Shown piece by piece: positions 13,140 to 25,453 of a stretch of 64,000 nucleotides of DNA. The DNA is from Mobula hypostoma. Taxonomy: Eukaryota. The stretch is from positions 496,001 through 560,000 of the forward strand of contig NC_086097.1 of the NCBI RefSeq assembly GCF_963921235.1. The letters are read 5' to 3'. Position numbers and translations under genes: made by a program. The notes under the pieces were generated by a model that had not been told where the DNA came from, searched no databases, and saw nothing but the letters and a program-made list of their open reading frames with translations. Every line of letters starts with the position of its first letter. Positions within the stretch are counted from its first letter, which is position 1.

Positions 13140-15807
13140 AATCCCTGCCCCCTGCTCCAATCCCTCAGCCACGCATTTATCCTCCACCTCATTCTATTCC
13201 TAAACTCACTGTCGTGTAGCACAGGCAGTAATCCCAAGATTACTACCTTTGAGGTCCTGCTTCTCAACTTCCTTTCTAACTCCCTGTAGTCTGTTTTCAG
13301 GACCTCCTCCTTTTTCCTACCTATATCGTTTGTACAAATACGTATCACGTCCTCTGGCTGTTCACCTTCCTACTTCAGGATATTGTGGATGCAATCAGGA
13401 ACATCCTGGACCCTGGCACCAGGGAGACAAACAACCATCCATTTTTCTTTCCTGCGTCCACAGAATCCCCTAACTACAGAGTCCCCTAATAATGCTGCCT
13501 TCTTCATTTCCCTACCCTTCTGAGCCACAGGGCCAGACTCTGTGCCAGAGGTGCGGCCACTGTTGCTTCTCCCAACAGTGCTAAAGCAGGAGTACTTATT
13601 GTTAAGGGGGACAGCCACTAGAGTGCTCTGTAGTATCTGACTCTTGCCCTTCCCTCTCCTGACTGTTACGCACTTATCTGTCTCCCGAGGCCCCAGTGTG
13701 ACTACTTGCCTATAGCTCCTCTCTGTCACCTCTTCATTTTCCCTGACCAGACGAAGGTCATCGAGCTACAGTTCCAGTTCCTTAACACAGTCCATAAGGA
13801 GCTGCAGCTCGATGTATCTGGCGCAGATATGGCCTTCCGGGAGGCTGGGAGTCTCCTGGACTTCCCACATCTGACACCCAGTACAGAACACCGGCCTGTT
13901 GGGTTGGGTGGTAGTTATTCAGAGAGTTCTTTGAGCTGGCCTGGTTGAAATCCCCCACAGTGATAGGGAAGGTAGCAGAGTGTGCTGCTTTGTGCCTGAT
14001 GATTACGCTTCTCAGTTTCTCTGGTGCCAGCCTGACTGACGATGGCCAAAGGTGGAACATACACCACTACCAGGATGATGGCTGACATTTCACTGCTAGA
14101 TGTTTGAGGTCGGGTGAACAGGACTATGCACCAAAATGAGTTGATGTTAAAACATACTCCACCTCCTCTGCTTTTAAAAGACTTAGCTGACCTGTCTTTG
14201 ACGAGAATGGTAAAGCCATCAGGCTGCAGTGCTGCATCCGGAATGGCGGAGGTGAGCCGTGTTTCCATAAAGCAAAGTATACAACAGTCTCTGTCCCTCT
14301 GGTACCGCAATCTTGCTCTGAGTTCTTTAGTTTTATTTTCCAGAGACTGTACATTCGCCATCAGGATAGTTGGGAGTGGGGGTCTAAGGGCTGTGCTTTT
14401 CAATTGTACCTGCAAACTGGCACGGCTTTCATGCTTCCATTTTCTTAAAGGGTTACTGCACTCATGACCCGAGTCTGCTGCCTTGCGTTCGTCGATTTTG
14501 AGTATTTATATATTTTTTAAAGATCTTGAAATTATGCTTCTTATTGAAGTACCCGAGGCTGTGACTGTGGATATCAGCTATAGTATTAAACGGGAATATT
14601 TGATGAAGCCAGAATAAGAACTTAAGGAGAGGGGGAGGAGTACAACCTGGCAGGAGATAGGTGAAAACGGCAAAGGGCTGAAGGAATCTGATAGGGAAGG
14701 ACAGATGATTATGGGAGAAAGGGAAAAAGGAGGGGCATCGAATGGACAGTTGAGGAGAAGAGGTGAGAGGGAAACAAAAATGGGGAATGGAGAAAGGGAA
14801 TGGGGGAGAAATTACTGCCAGTTGGAGAGATCAATATTCAAATCATCAGTGTTGCTCCTCCAACCCGAGTTAGGCCTCAGCATTTATAGATATGTAAAAA
14901 GGAAAAGACTGGTAAAGACAAATGTAGGTCCCCTACAGACAGAAACAGGTGAATTGATTATGGGGAGCAAGGACATGGCAGACCAATTGAATAATTACTT
15001 TGGTTCTGTCTTCACTAAGGAGGACATAAATAATCTTCCAGAAATAGGAGGGGACAGAGGGTCCAGTGAGATGGAGGAACTGAGCGAAATACATGTTAGT
15101 AGGGAAGTGGTGTTAGGTAAATTGAAGGGATTGAAGGCAGATAAATCCCCAGGGCCAGATGGTCTGCATCCTAGAGTGCTTAAGGAAGTAGCCCAAGAAC
15201 TAGTGGATGCATTAGTGATAATTTTTCAAAACTCGTTAGATTCTGGACTAGTTCCTGAGGATTGGAGGGTGGCTAATGTAACCCCACTTTTTAAAAAAGG
15301 AGGGAGAGAGAAACCGGGGAATTATAAACCGGTTAGCCTAACGTCGGTGGTGGGGAAACTGCTGGAGTCAGTTATCAAAGATGTGATAACAGCACATTTG
15401 GAAAGCAGTGAAATCATTGGACAAAGTCAGCATGGATTTGTGAAAGGAAAATCATGTCTGATGAATCTCATAGAATTTTTTGAGGATGTAACTAGTAGAG
15501 TGGATAGGGGAGAACCAGTGGATGTGGTATATTTGGATTTTCAAAAGGCTTTTGACAAGGTCCCACACAGGAGATTAGTGTGCAAACTTAAAGCACACGG
15601 TATTGGGGGTAAGGTATTGGTGTGGATGGAGAATTGGTTAGCAGACAGGAAGCAAAGAGTGGGAATAAACGGGACCTTTTCAGAATGGCAGGCGGTGACT
15701 AGTGGGGTACCGCAAGGCTCAGTGCTGGGACCCCAGTTGTTTACAATATATATTAATGACTTGGATGAGGGAATTAAATGCAGCATCTCCAAGTTTGCGG
15801 ATGACAC
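13137..15807 (+). repeat. Segmental duplication, copy 1 (copy 2 at 17636-20306, offset 4499 bp)
   Basis: Identical ORF sets are offset by 4499 bp. I noticed only one substitution (14668 C versus 19167 A). Confidence 0.95.
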
Positions 15808-16718
15808 AAAGCTGGGTGGCAGTGTTAGCAGTGAGGAGGATGCTAAGAGGATGCAGGGTGACTTGGATAGGTTGGGTGAGTGGGCAAACTCATGGCAGAT
15901 GCAATTTAATGTGGATAAATGTGAAGTTATCCACTTTGGTGGCAAAAATAGGAAAACAGATTATTATCTGAATGGTGGCCGATTATGAAAAGGGGAGGTG
16001 CAACGAGACCTGGGTGTCATTATACACCAGTCATTGAAAGTGGGCATGCAGGTACAGCAGGCGGTGAAAAAGGCGAACGGTATGCTGGCATTTATAGCGA
16101 GAGGATTCGAGTACAGGAGCAGGGAGGTACTACTGCAGTTGTACAAGGCCTTGGTGAGACCACACCTGGAGTATTGTGTGCAGTTTTGGTCCCCTAATCT
16201 GAGGAAAGACATCTTTGCCATAGAGGGAGTACAAAGAAGGTTCACCAGATTGATTCCTGGGATGGCAGGTCTTTCATATGAAGAAAGACTGGATGAACTG
16301 GGCTTGTACTCGTTGGAATTTAGAAGATTGAGGGGGGATCTGATTGAAACGTATAAGATCCTAAAGGGATTGGACAGGCTAGATGCGGGAAGATTGTTCC
16401 CGATGTTGGGGAGGTCTAGAACGAGGGGTCACAGTTTGAGGATAGAGGGGAAGCCTTTTAGGACCGAGGTTAGGAAAAACTTCTTCACACAGAGAGTGGT
16501 GAATCTGTGGAATTCTCTGCCACAGCAAACTGTTGAGGCCAGTTCATTAGCTATGTTTAAAAGGAAGTTAGATATGGCCCTTGTGGCTACAGGGGTCAGG
16601 GGGTATGGAGGGAAGGCTGGGTTCTGAGTTGGATGATCAGCCATGATCATAATAAATGGCGGTGCAGGCTCGAAGGGCCGAATGGCCTACTCCTGCACCT
16701 ATTTTCTATGTTTCTATG
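14882..16718 (+). mobile_element. Hybrid young CR1 (B-type 5' half, non-B 3' half), nonsense codon at 15986
   Basis: RT ORF, CR1 3' UTR and (TTTCTATG) tail. Diagnostic sites switch from B type to A type between 15462 and 15808. Confidence 0.88.
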
Positions 16719-17218
16719 TAAATAAGGTTGAAAGAGTGCAGAGAAGGTTTACAAGGATGTTGCCGGGACTTGAGAAACTCAGTTACAGAGAAAGGTTGAA
16801 TAGGTTAGAACTTTATTCCCTGGAGCGTAGAAGAATGAGGGGAGATGTGATAGAGGTATATAAAATTATGATGGGTATAGCTAGAGTGAATGCAAGCAGC
16901 CTTTTTCCACTGAGGCAAGAGGAGAGAAAAACCAGAGGACATGGGTTAAGGGTGAGGGGGGAAAAGTTTAAAGGGAACATTAGGGGGGGCTTCTTCACAC
17001 AGAGAGTGGTGGGAGTATGGAATGAGCTGCCAGACGAGGTGGTAAATGCGGGTTCTTTTTTAACATTTAAGAATAAATTGGACAGATACATGGATGGGAG
17101 GTGTATGGAGGGATATGGTCCGTGTGCAGGTCAGAGGGACTAGGCAGAAAATGGTTCGGCACAGCCAAGAAGGGCCAAAAGGCCTGTTTTTGTGCTGTAG
17201 TTTTTCTATGGTTTCTAT
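16719..17218 (+). mobile_element. CR1 (second family) 3' end
   Basis: ERVQRRFTRMLPG...FFTQRVVGVWNELP, tail tttctatggtttcta. Confidence 0.88.
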
Positions 17219-18398
17219 CTGAAGCCTGGCACTCTAAGTAACCATTCCTGCCCCTGAGCCATCCAAGTATCTGTAATGGCCACAAGATCATAGCTCCAAG
17301 TACTGATCCATGCTCTAAGCTCATCCGCTTTGTTCATGATGCTTCTTGCATTAAAACAGACACATCTCAAATCATCAGTCTGAGCATATCCCTTCTATCA
17401 CCTGCCTATCCTCCCTCTCGCACTGTCTCCAAGCTTGCTCTATTTGTGAGTCAACGGCCCCTTCCTCCGTCTCTTCAGTTCAGTTCCCACCCCTCAGCAA
17501 TTCTCGTTTAAACTCTCCCCAATAGCCTTAGCAAACCTCCCTGCCAGGATATTGGTCCCCCTCAGATTCAAATGCAACCTTGACCTTTTTGTACAGGTCA
17601 CGCCTCCCCAAAAGAGATCCCAATGATCCTGAAATCTGAATCCCTGCCCCCTGCTCCAATCCCTCAGCCACGCATTTATCCTCCACCTCATTCTATTCCT
17701 AAACTCACTGTCGTGTAGCACAGGCAGTAATCCCAAGATTACTACCTTTGAGGTCCTGCTTCTCAACTTCCTTTCTAACTCCCTGTAGTCTGTTTTCAGG
17801 ACCTCCTCCTTTTTCCTACCTATATCGTTTGTACAAATACGTATCACGTCCTCTGGCTGTTCACCTTCCTACTTCAGGATATTGTGGATGCAATCAGGAA
17901 CATCCTGGACCCTGGCACCAGGGAGACAAACAACCATCCATTTTTCTTTCCTGCGTCCACAGAATCCCCTAACTACAGAGTCCCCTAATAATGCTGCCTT
18001 CTTCATTTCCCTACCCTTCTGAGCCACAGGGCCAGACTCTGTGCCAGAGGTGCGGCCACTGTTGCTTCTCCCAACAGTGCTAAAGCAGGAGTACTTATTG
18101 TTAAGGGGGACAGCCACTAGAGTGCTCTGTAGTATCTGACTCTTGCCCTTCCCTCTCCTGACTGTTACGCACTTATCTGTCTCCCGAGGCCCCAGTGTGA
18201 CTACTTGCCTATAGCTCCTCTCTGTCACCTCTTCATTTTCCCTGACCAGACGAAGGTCATCGAGCTACAGTTCCAGTTCCTTAACACAGTCCATAAGGAG
18301 CTGCAGCTCGATGTATCTGGCGCAGATATGGCCTTCCGGGAGGCTGGGAGTCTCCTGGACTTCCCACATCTGACACCCAGTACAGAACACCGGCCTGT
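17219..18398 (-). mobile_element. CR1 ORF1 (zinc-finger start, esterase) and ORF2 start, degraded
   Basis: CLPGARV, TNDIGRK, NAWLRDW, LHLN. The cysteine-containing N-terminus is near 18360-18395. Confidence 0.85.
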
Positions 18399-19100
18399 TG
18401 GGTTGGGTGGTAGTTATTCAGAGAGTTCTTTGAGCTGGCCTGGTTGAAATCCCCCACAGTGATAGGGAAGGTAGCAGAGTGTGCTGCTTTGTGCCTGATG
18501 ATTACGCTTCTCAGTTTCTCTGGTGCCAGCCTGACTGACGATGGCCAAAGGTGGAACATACACCACTACCAGGATGATGGCTGACATTTCACTGCTAGAT
18601 GTTTGAGGTCGGGTGAACAGGACTATGCACCAAAATGAGTTGATGTTAAAACATACTCCACCTCCTCTGCTTTTAAAAGACTTAGCTGACCTGTCTTTGA
18701 CGAGAATGGTAAAGCCATCAGGCTGCAGTGCTGCATCCGGAATGGCGGAGGTGAGCCGTGTTTCCATAAAGCAAAGTATACAACAGTCTCTGTCCCTCTG
18801 GTACCGCAATCTTGCTCTGAGTTCTTTAGTTTTATTTTCCAGAGACTGTACATTCGCCATCAGGATAGTTGGGAGTGGGGGTCTAAGGGCTGTGCTTTTC
18901 AATTGTACCTGCAAACTGGCACGGCTTTCATGCTTCCATTTTCTTAAAGGGTTACTGCACTCATGACCCGAGTCTGCTGCCTTGCGTTCGTCGATTTTGA
19001 GTATTTATATATTTTTTAAAGATCTTGAAATTATGCTTCTTATTGAAGTACCCGAGGCTGTGACTGTGGATATCAGCTATAGTATTAAACGGGAATATTT
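18399..19100 (-). mobile_element. Rex1/Babar-like endonuclease fragment (duplicate at 13900-14600)
   Basis: LPTILMANVQSLENK...LCFMET...DRS...GGGVCF...VYVPP...GDFN. Confidence 0.7.
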
Positions 19101-19109
19101 GATGAAGCC

Positions 19110-19380
19110 AGAATAAGAACTTAAGGAGAGGGGGAGGAGTACAACCTGGCAGGAGATAGGTGAAAAAGGCAAAGGGCTGAAGGAATCTGATAGGGAAGGA
19201 CAGATGATTATGGGAGAAAGGGAAAAAGGAGGGGCATCGAATGGACAGTTGAGGAGAAGAGGTGAGAGGGAAACAAAAATGGGGAATGGAGAAAGGGAAT
19301 GGGGGAGAAATTACTGCCAGTTGGAGAGATCAATATTCAAATCATCAGTGTTGCTCCTCCAACCCGAGTTAGGCCTCAGC
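19110..19380 (-). mobile_element. Penelope-like GIY-YIG end and pLTR remnant without a hammerhead (duplicate at 14611-14881)
   Basis: The reverse complement encodes LEEQH- and NID.SN-like remnants, followed by C/T-rich pLTR. Confidence 0.6.
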
Positions 19381-21225
19381 ATTTATAGATATGTAAAAAG
19401 GAAAAGACTGGTAAAGACAAATGTAGGTCCCCTACAGACAGAAACAGGTGAATTGATTATGGGGAGCAAGGACATGGCAGACCAATTGAATAATTACTTT
19501 GGTTCTGTCTTCACTAAGGAGGACATAAATAATCTTCCAGAAATAGGAGGGGACAGAGGGTCCAGTGAGATGGAGGAACTGAGCGAAATACATGTTAGTA
19601 GGGAAGTGGTGTTAGGTAAATTGAAGGGATTGAAGGCAGATAAATCCCCAGGGCCAGATGGTCTGCATCCTAGAGTGCTTAAGGAAGTAGCCCAAGAACT
19701 AGTGGATGCATTAGTGATAATTTTTCAAAACTCGTTAGATTCTGGACTAGTTCCTGAGGATTGGAGGGTGGCTAATGTAACCCCACTTTTTAAAAAAGGA
19801 GGGAGAGAGAAACCGGGGAATTATAAACCGGTTAGCCTAACGTCGGTGGTGGGGAAACTGCTGGAGTCAGTTATCAAAGATGTGATAACAGCACATTTGG
19901 AAAGCAGTGAAATCATTGGACAAAGTCAGCATGGATTTGTGAAAGGAAAATCATGTCTGATGAATCTCATAGAATTTTTTGAGGATGTAACTAGTAGAGT
20001 GGATAGGGGAGAACCAGTGGATGTGGTATATTTGGATTTTCAAAAGGCTTTTGACAAGGTCCCACACAGGAGATTAGTGTGCAAACTTAAAGCACACGGT
20101 ATTGGGGGTAAGGTATTGGTGTGGATGGAGAATTGGTTAGCAGACAGGAAGCAAAGAGTGGGAATAAACGGGACCTTTTCAGAATGGCAGGCGGTGACTA
20201 GTGGGGTACCGCAAGGCTCAGTGCTGGGACCCCAGTTGTTTACAATATATATTAATGACTTGGATGAGGGAATTAAATGCAGCATCTCCAAGTTTGCGGA
20301 TGACACGAAACTGGGTGGCAGTGTTAGCGGTGAGGAGGATGCTAAGAGGATGCAGAGTGACTTGGATAGGTTGGGTGAGTGGGCAAATTCATGGCAGATG
20401 CAATTTAATGTGGATAAATGTGAAGTTATCCACTTTGGTGGCAAAAATAGGAAAACAGATTATTATCTGAATGGTGGCCGATTAGGAAAAGGGGAGGTGC
20501 AACGAGACCTGGGTGTCATTATACAGCAGTCATTGAAAGTGGGCACACAGGTACAGCAGGCGGTGAAAAAGGCGAATGGTATGCTGGCATTTATAGCGAG
20601 AGGATTCGAGTACAGGAGCAGGGAGGTACTACTGCAGTTGTACAAGGCCTTGGTGAGACCACACCTGGAGTATTGTGTGCAGTTTTGGTCCCCTAATCTG
20701 AGGAAAGACATCCTTGCCATAGAGGGAGTACAAAGAAGGTTCACCAGATTGATTCCTGGGATGGCAGGACTTTCATATGAAGAAAGACTGGATGAACTGG
20801 GCTTGTACTCATTGGAATTTAGAAGATTGAGGGGGGATCTGATTGAAACGTATAAAATCCTAAAGGGATTGGACAGGCTAGATGCAGGAAGATTGTTCCC
20901 GATGTTGGGGAGGTCCAGAACGTGGGGTCACAGTTTGAGGATAAAGGGGAAGCCTTTTAGGACCGAGATTAGGAAAAACTTCTTCACACAGAGGGTGGTG
21001 AATCTGTGGAATTCTCTGCCACAGGAAACAGTTGAGGGCAGTTCATTGGCTATATTTAAGAAGGAGTTAGATATGGCCCTTGTGGCTACGGGGATCAGGG
21101 GGTATGGAGGGAAGGCTGGGGCGGGGTTCTGAGTTGAATGATCAGCCATGATCATAATAAATGGCAGTGCAGTCTCAAAGGGCCGAATGGCCTACTCCTG
21201 CACCTATTTTCTATGTTTCTATGTT
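19381..21225 (+). mobile_element. Young CR1 copy B, 5'-truncated, intact RT through to the stop
   Basis: Open frame from YRYVKRK to GYGGKAGAGF* (21132), CR1 3' UTR, (TTTCTATG) tail. Confidence 0.95.
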
Positions 21226-21460
21226 ATTATTCAAACTTCAGAGTTGTAAATGCAGACAGATTTATCACTGAGGAACCTAATGATCTGGAGTATGTCCTCT
21301 TTTCGTTACTACCATTGGGGACAAGGTCCAAAAGTCAGAAGATAAAGCAATTCAGGAACAGCTTCTTCCCCTCTACCATCAGATTTCTGAACAGCCAATG
21401 AACCCATGAATACTACCTTGTTATTTTTTTTTGCAGTTTATTTCTTATTGTAACCTTTAG

Positions 21461-21660
21461 CTGACTGGTGGTGAAGTGGCATCCACACTGGACTTCAAGC
21501 GAGTGGCCCCAGGTTCAAATCTGGCCGGCTCCTTGCACACTTTCCATCTGTGCAAGGCGAGCATCGAGCTAGCATCTTGGCCTCAGAAGAAACAATGCTA
21601 AAAGAAACAACAAGGTTGCCAACCAATGCGCCACTAGGCATGGAGAGGATTAACAACAAC
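21461..21660 (+). mobile_element. tRNA-derived SINE with (AAC)n tail
   Basis: A-box-like tggtgaagtgg, B-box-like ggttcaaatc, tail aacaacaac, approximate TSD aacctttag/aacctgtag. Confidence 0.6.
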
Positions 21661-21900
21661 CTGTAGCATCTTTCATGACTTGTGCTGTACTACTGCCAAA
21701 AAACAACAGATTTCATATCATCTGTCAGTGATAATAAAAGTGATTCTGATTCTGACTTGATCTTGAGTAAGTGTAACCCTAAATTCAGCCTGACTGCTGC
21801 CAACACATTGACAGTAATTCAATAAACAAGCACCAAGCAAGTGAGGAACACCAGAGGGGAATATTACCTGTGATATCTCCCCCATTTTTCTTTCACTTAC

Positions 21901-21975
21901 GTTGGAATTTGGTGTGGAGGACACACTGCTCCTCTCTCCGTCTACGAACATGCAGTCCTGCTGAGGCTCCGTCAG
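21901..21975 (-). CDS. TMEM63C: TMEM63C penultimate coding exon, 75 bp, phase 0-0
   Basis: Acceptor gatctgttctcag, donor AAC|gtaagt. Translates LTEPQQDCMFVDGERSSVSSTPNSN, resembling the recalled TMEM63C tail segment ...FDMEPSSTSSTPTS. Confidence 0.85.
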
Positions 21976-22214
21976 CTGAGAACAGATCAGAATCGAAATA
22001 AGATCTCACAACATCAGATTGGACTGAAATCAGGATTCGTGTTTGAAAGGGGAAAGTGCAGTGTGCGAGGTGGCTGAGCAGTGACAAGACACTGTAAGTC
22101 AATGTAAGGTCGGTCCTTTTTCAGTCATGAGTTCAGAGGAAGAAATGGCAGTCATTGGAGTCAGACATTCTGCTTGTGGAATGGGGGACATCAGAGGGAG
22201 CCTGGTGTCATCTT

Positions 22215-22705
22215 ACAATATGGCCCAGCCCAGTCCATCACAGGCAAAGCCCTCCCCGTCACTGAGCACATCTACACAGAGCACTGTCACAGGAAAGCAG
22301 CATCCATCATCAAGAACCCCACTATCAAGGTCATGCTGCCTTCTCACGGCGGCCATCAGGAAGAAGGTACAGGAGACTTAGGACCCAGGCCACCTGGTTC
22401 AGGAACAGTTATTACTCCTTAACCATCAAGCTTGTGAACCCGAGGGGATAACTTCACTTTACCTACCCTATTACAGAACTGATTCCACAACCTCTGAACT
22501 TGATATTTATCGCTGATTTATTTATTTGTTTTATTTTTATTTTTGTATTTTCACATTGGTTGTTTGTCCATCCTGTTGGGTGCGGTCTTTCACTGATTCT
22601 ATTGTGTTTCTTTGTATGTACTGTGAATGCCCACAAGAAAATGAATCTCAGGGTTGTATTTGGTGACATATACACTTTGAAAATAAATTTACCTTGAACT
22701 TTGAG
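22215..22705 (+). mobile_element. Rex1/Babar-like 3' fragment
   Basis: AQSITG..LP...IY....RKAASIIK.P.H-like C-terminus, aataaa and a (CTTTGAA)-like tail. Confidence 0.65.
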
Positions 22706-23599
22706 CTTAGGAAATAAGGTTGAGTGAGTGTGGAAGCAGGCAAGAGGCTTCGAGACAGACCCATGGATATGCGAGGAATGGAGGGTTTGGATTAGTGCAG
22801 GCAGAAGGGATTGGTTTACTGCTCTGCACAGACATGGTGGGTGAGAGGGCAGTCCCTGTGCTGTACTTTTCTGATTTCTATCAGTAATGTCTGTTGCTGA
22901 GGGAGGATGTGCTCTGAGTAGGAGTGGAAATAAAAGAGGTTTACTCGAATGAGTGTGTCTGAATACTGCCAGTGGGGATGTCTGGATTAATATAAGTATT
23001 CTATTACCATCTCCTGGGGCAGAATTACAGCTGGAAATTCTGTGTGTATGTGGGTTAGTGAAGATAGTGAAGATGAACCAGGACTTTCCAAAGGGAATGT
23101 AATAGAGATGTGAAGAGGAGCAGAAAGGATTGCTCTCCCGGGAGCTGGCATGGACTGATAGTGGCTAATATTGATTAGCGCAATATCGATTTGGTTAAAG
23201 CAGGTGCCTGGCCTGGTAAGTGTGCAACAGGTGGGCCATGCTGAGAGAAACTGAAGAATGGAAACCCGCAATTGGTTTAATATGTACACACCAGCAATTT
23301 GAGTGAGAGGGCAGTTAATGTTTCAAGTCTATGAACTTTCTCCAGCAAGAAGCAGCAAGTGTTAGATATCAAACATGTCAGTGTAGAGAACCGATGCAGG
23401 AGACTTAATGGCACAAGTGATGTGATGTTGGCTGGAGAAGGAGTGTTTAACTCAGCTGAGCTGACTGGGGAAGGAAATAGGGTCGGTGAAGGAAAATGTG
23501 GAGAGAAGGAACAAATAGGAATTAGACATTGCTGGAACACTGCAGCTACTGGAAACCTGGAATATGACTGTTGTCTAGTCAGCTTATGATAGGAACGAT

Positions 23600-24245
23600 G
23601 TCATTTACCTGGTAAAGGTGAAAAGATTCATAAGGTTGTTACCAACACTGGAGAGCTTGGCCAGGTCTGGGACTGGTTATCCTGGAGTGAGGAAGGCTGA
23701 GGGGTGACCTTTTAGAGGTTTATGAAATTATGAGCGGCAGAGATAAGGTGAATGGTTACATACTTGGGGAATTTAAAACAAATTTGCTGTTTTGAGACAA
23801 AGTAGGGTGGATAACTCCCCAGGGCCTGACAAAGTGTTCACTCGGACTCTGTGGGAGGAAATGCAGAAATTACAGGGGTCTGAGCAGAGATACTTAAATC
23901 ATCCGTAGCAACAGATGAGGTTCCGGAGGATTGGAGGATAGCTAACATTATTACGCTGCTCAAAAAATAAACCAGGAAGTTATAGACTGGTTAACCTGAC
24001 ATCAGAGGTGGGAAAGTTATTGGAAGTATCATGAGTATTTGGATAGACATGGACTGATGATGAGTAGTCAGCATGGCTTCATACATGGTACGTTGTGTCT
24101 AACCAATCTTATAGAGATTTTCAAGGAAGTTGCCAGGAAAGTTGATGAAGGCAAGGCAGTGGATGGTCAAGAAGGTTCAGTCACTGGGCATTCAAAATAA
24201 GGTAGTAAGTTGCATAAGACAGTGACATTGTGGCAGTAGCCAGAG
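23600..24245 (+). mobile_element. Degraded CR1 RT fragments
   Basis: Remnants of VPEDWRIAN, YRLVNLTS and SQHGF. Confidence 0.65.
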
Positions 24246-24509
24246 TGTACGAAAATAGAAGAGTACAGCACAGAAACAGGCCATTTGGCCCACAATATTG
24301 TGCCGAACCAGCTAAAAAGAAAATCAAAAACACCCAAACACTAATCCTTCCTATCTACACCATGTCCATATCCCTCCATCTTCCTCACTTCCATGTGCCT
24401 ATCCAAACATCTTGTAAAAACCTATAATGTACAGTATTTGCCTCTACCACCATACCAGGCAGTACACTCCAGGTATCCGTGACTCTGAGTAGAATACTGA
24501 ACTCTCACA

Positions 24510-25426
24510 CCCCTCATATGTTAACTCCTTCATTCCCAGAATCAGCCCCATGAACCTCCTCTGGACTCCCTCCCTCCAATAACAACACATCCTTACTGAG
24601 ATATGTGGCCCAGAACTGTTGTCAATACTCCAAGTGCAGCCTGCCTAGTGTCTTATAAAGCCTCCTGGTTCTTACATTCTATTTCCCTTGAAATAAATGC
24701 CAACATTGCATTTGCCTTCTTTACCACAGATTTAACCTGTAAATTAACCTTCTGGGAGTCTTGCACGAGGACTCCCAAGTTCCTTTGCACCTCTGATGTT
24801 TGAATTTTCTCCCATTTAGGTAATAGACTGCACTTCTGTTCCTTTTACCAAATTGCATTATCATACATTTCCCAACACTGTGTTCCATCTGCCACATTTT
24901 TGCCCATTCTTCCAATTTGCCTAAGAACTTCTGCAAATGCATTGCTTCCTCAGCACTACCTACCCATCCACCTATCTTTGTATCATCTGCAAATTTTGCT
25001 ACAAACCATCAATTCCAAATCATTCACAATATGAAAAGCAGCAGTCCCAATACTGACCCCTGAGGAACACCACTAGTCACTGGCAACCAACAAGAAAAGG
25101 CCCCCTTTATTTCCACTCACTGTCTCCTGCCTGTCAGCCATTCTTCTATCCAAGCCAGTATCCTTCCTGTAACACCATAAGATTTTATCTTGTTAAACAG
25201 CTTCATGTGAGGCACTTTATCAATGCCTTCTGAAAATCTAAGTAAATGACATCCACTGACTCTCCTTTGTCCACTCTGCTAGTTACTTGCTCAAAGAATT
25301 CTAACAGATTTGTCAGGCAAGATTTGCTTTACTGGAACCATGCTTACATTAACTTGTATTATCTTTAGTCTCCAAGTGCCCTGAAACCTCGTCCTTAATA
25401 ATGGACTTAAACACTTTCTTAACCAC
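24510..25426 (-). mobile_element. CR1 RT, host of the Penelope insertion (continues at 28676-29745)
   Basis: CR1 RT motifs on the minus strand, colinear across the Penelope TSD. Confidence 0.8.
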
Positions 25427-25453
25427 AAACAACAGGAATTCTGCAGATGCTGG

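Larger units (their letters stand above)
17636..20306 (+). repeat. Segmental duplication, copy 2
   Basis: Matches 13137-15807. Confidence 0.95.

Noticed and set aside
15541..16245. Recurrent antisense ORFs (MPPKWIT..., MNLLCTP...), also at 20040-20744 and 51622-52326
   Set aside because: Shadow frames of the CR1 RT that recur only because the copies are near-identical.
21461..21535. tRNA gene (likewise near 41400-41466 and 45365-45436)
   Set aside because: Only A/B-box remnants followed by SINE bodies; no complete cloverleaf.
25291..25453. C-terminal extension of the 685-aa minus-strand ORF
   Set aside because: Read-through from the inverted PLE RT into the tail fragment and flanking CR1; not part of the protein.
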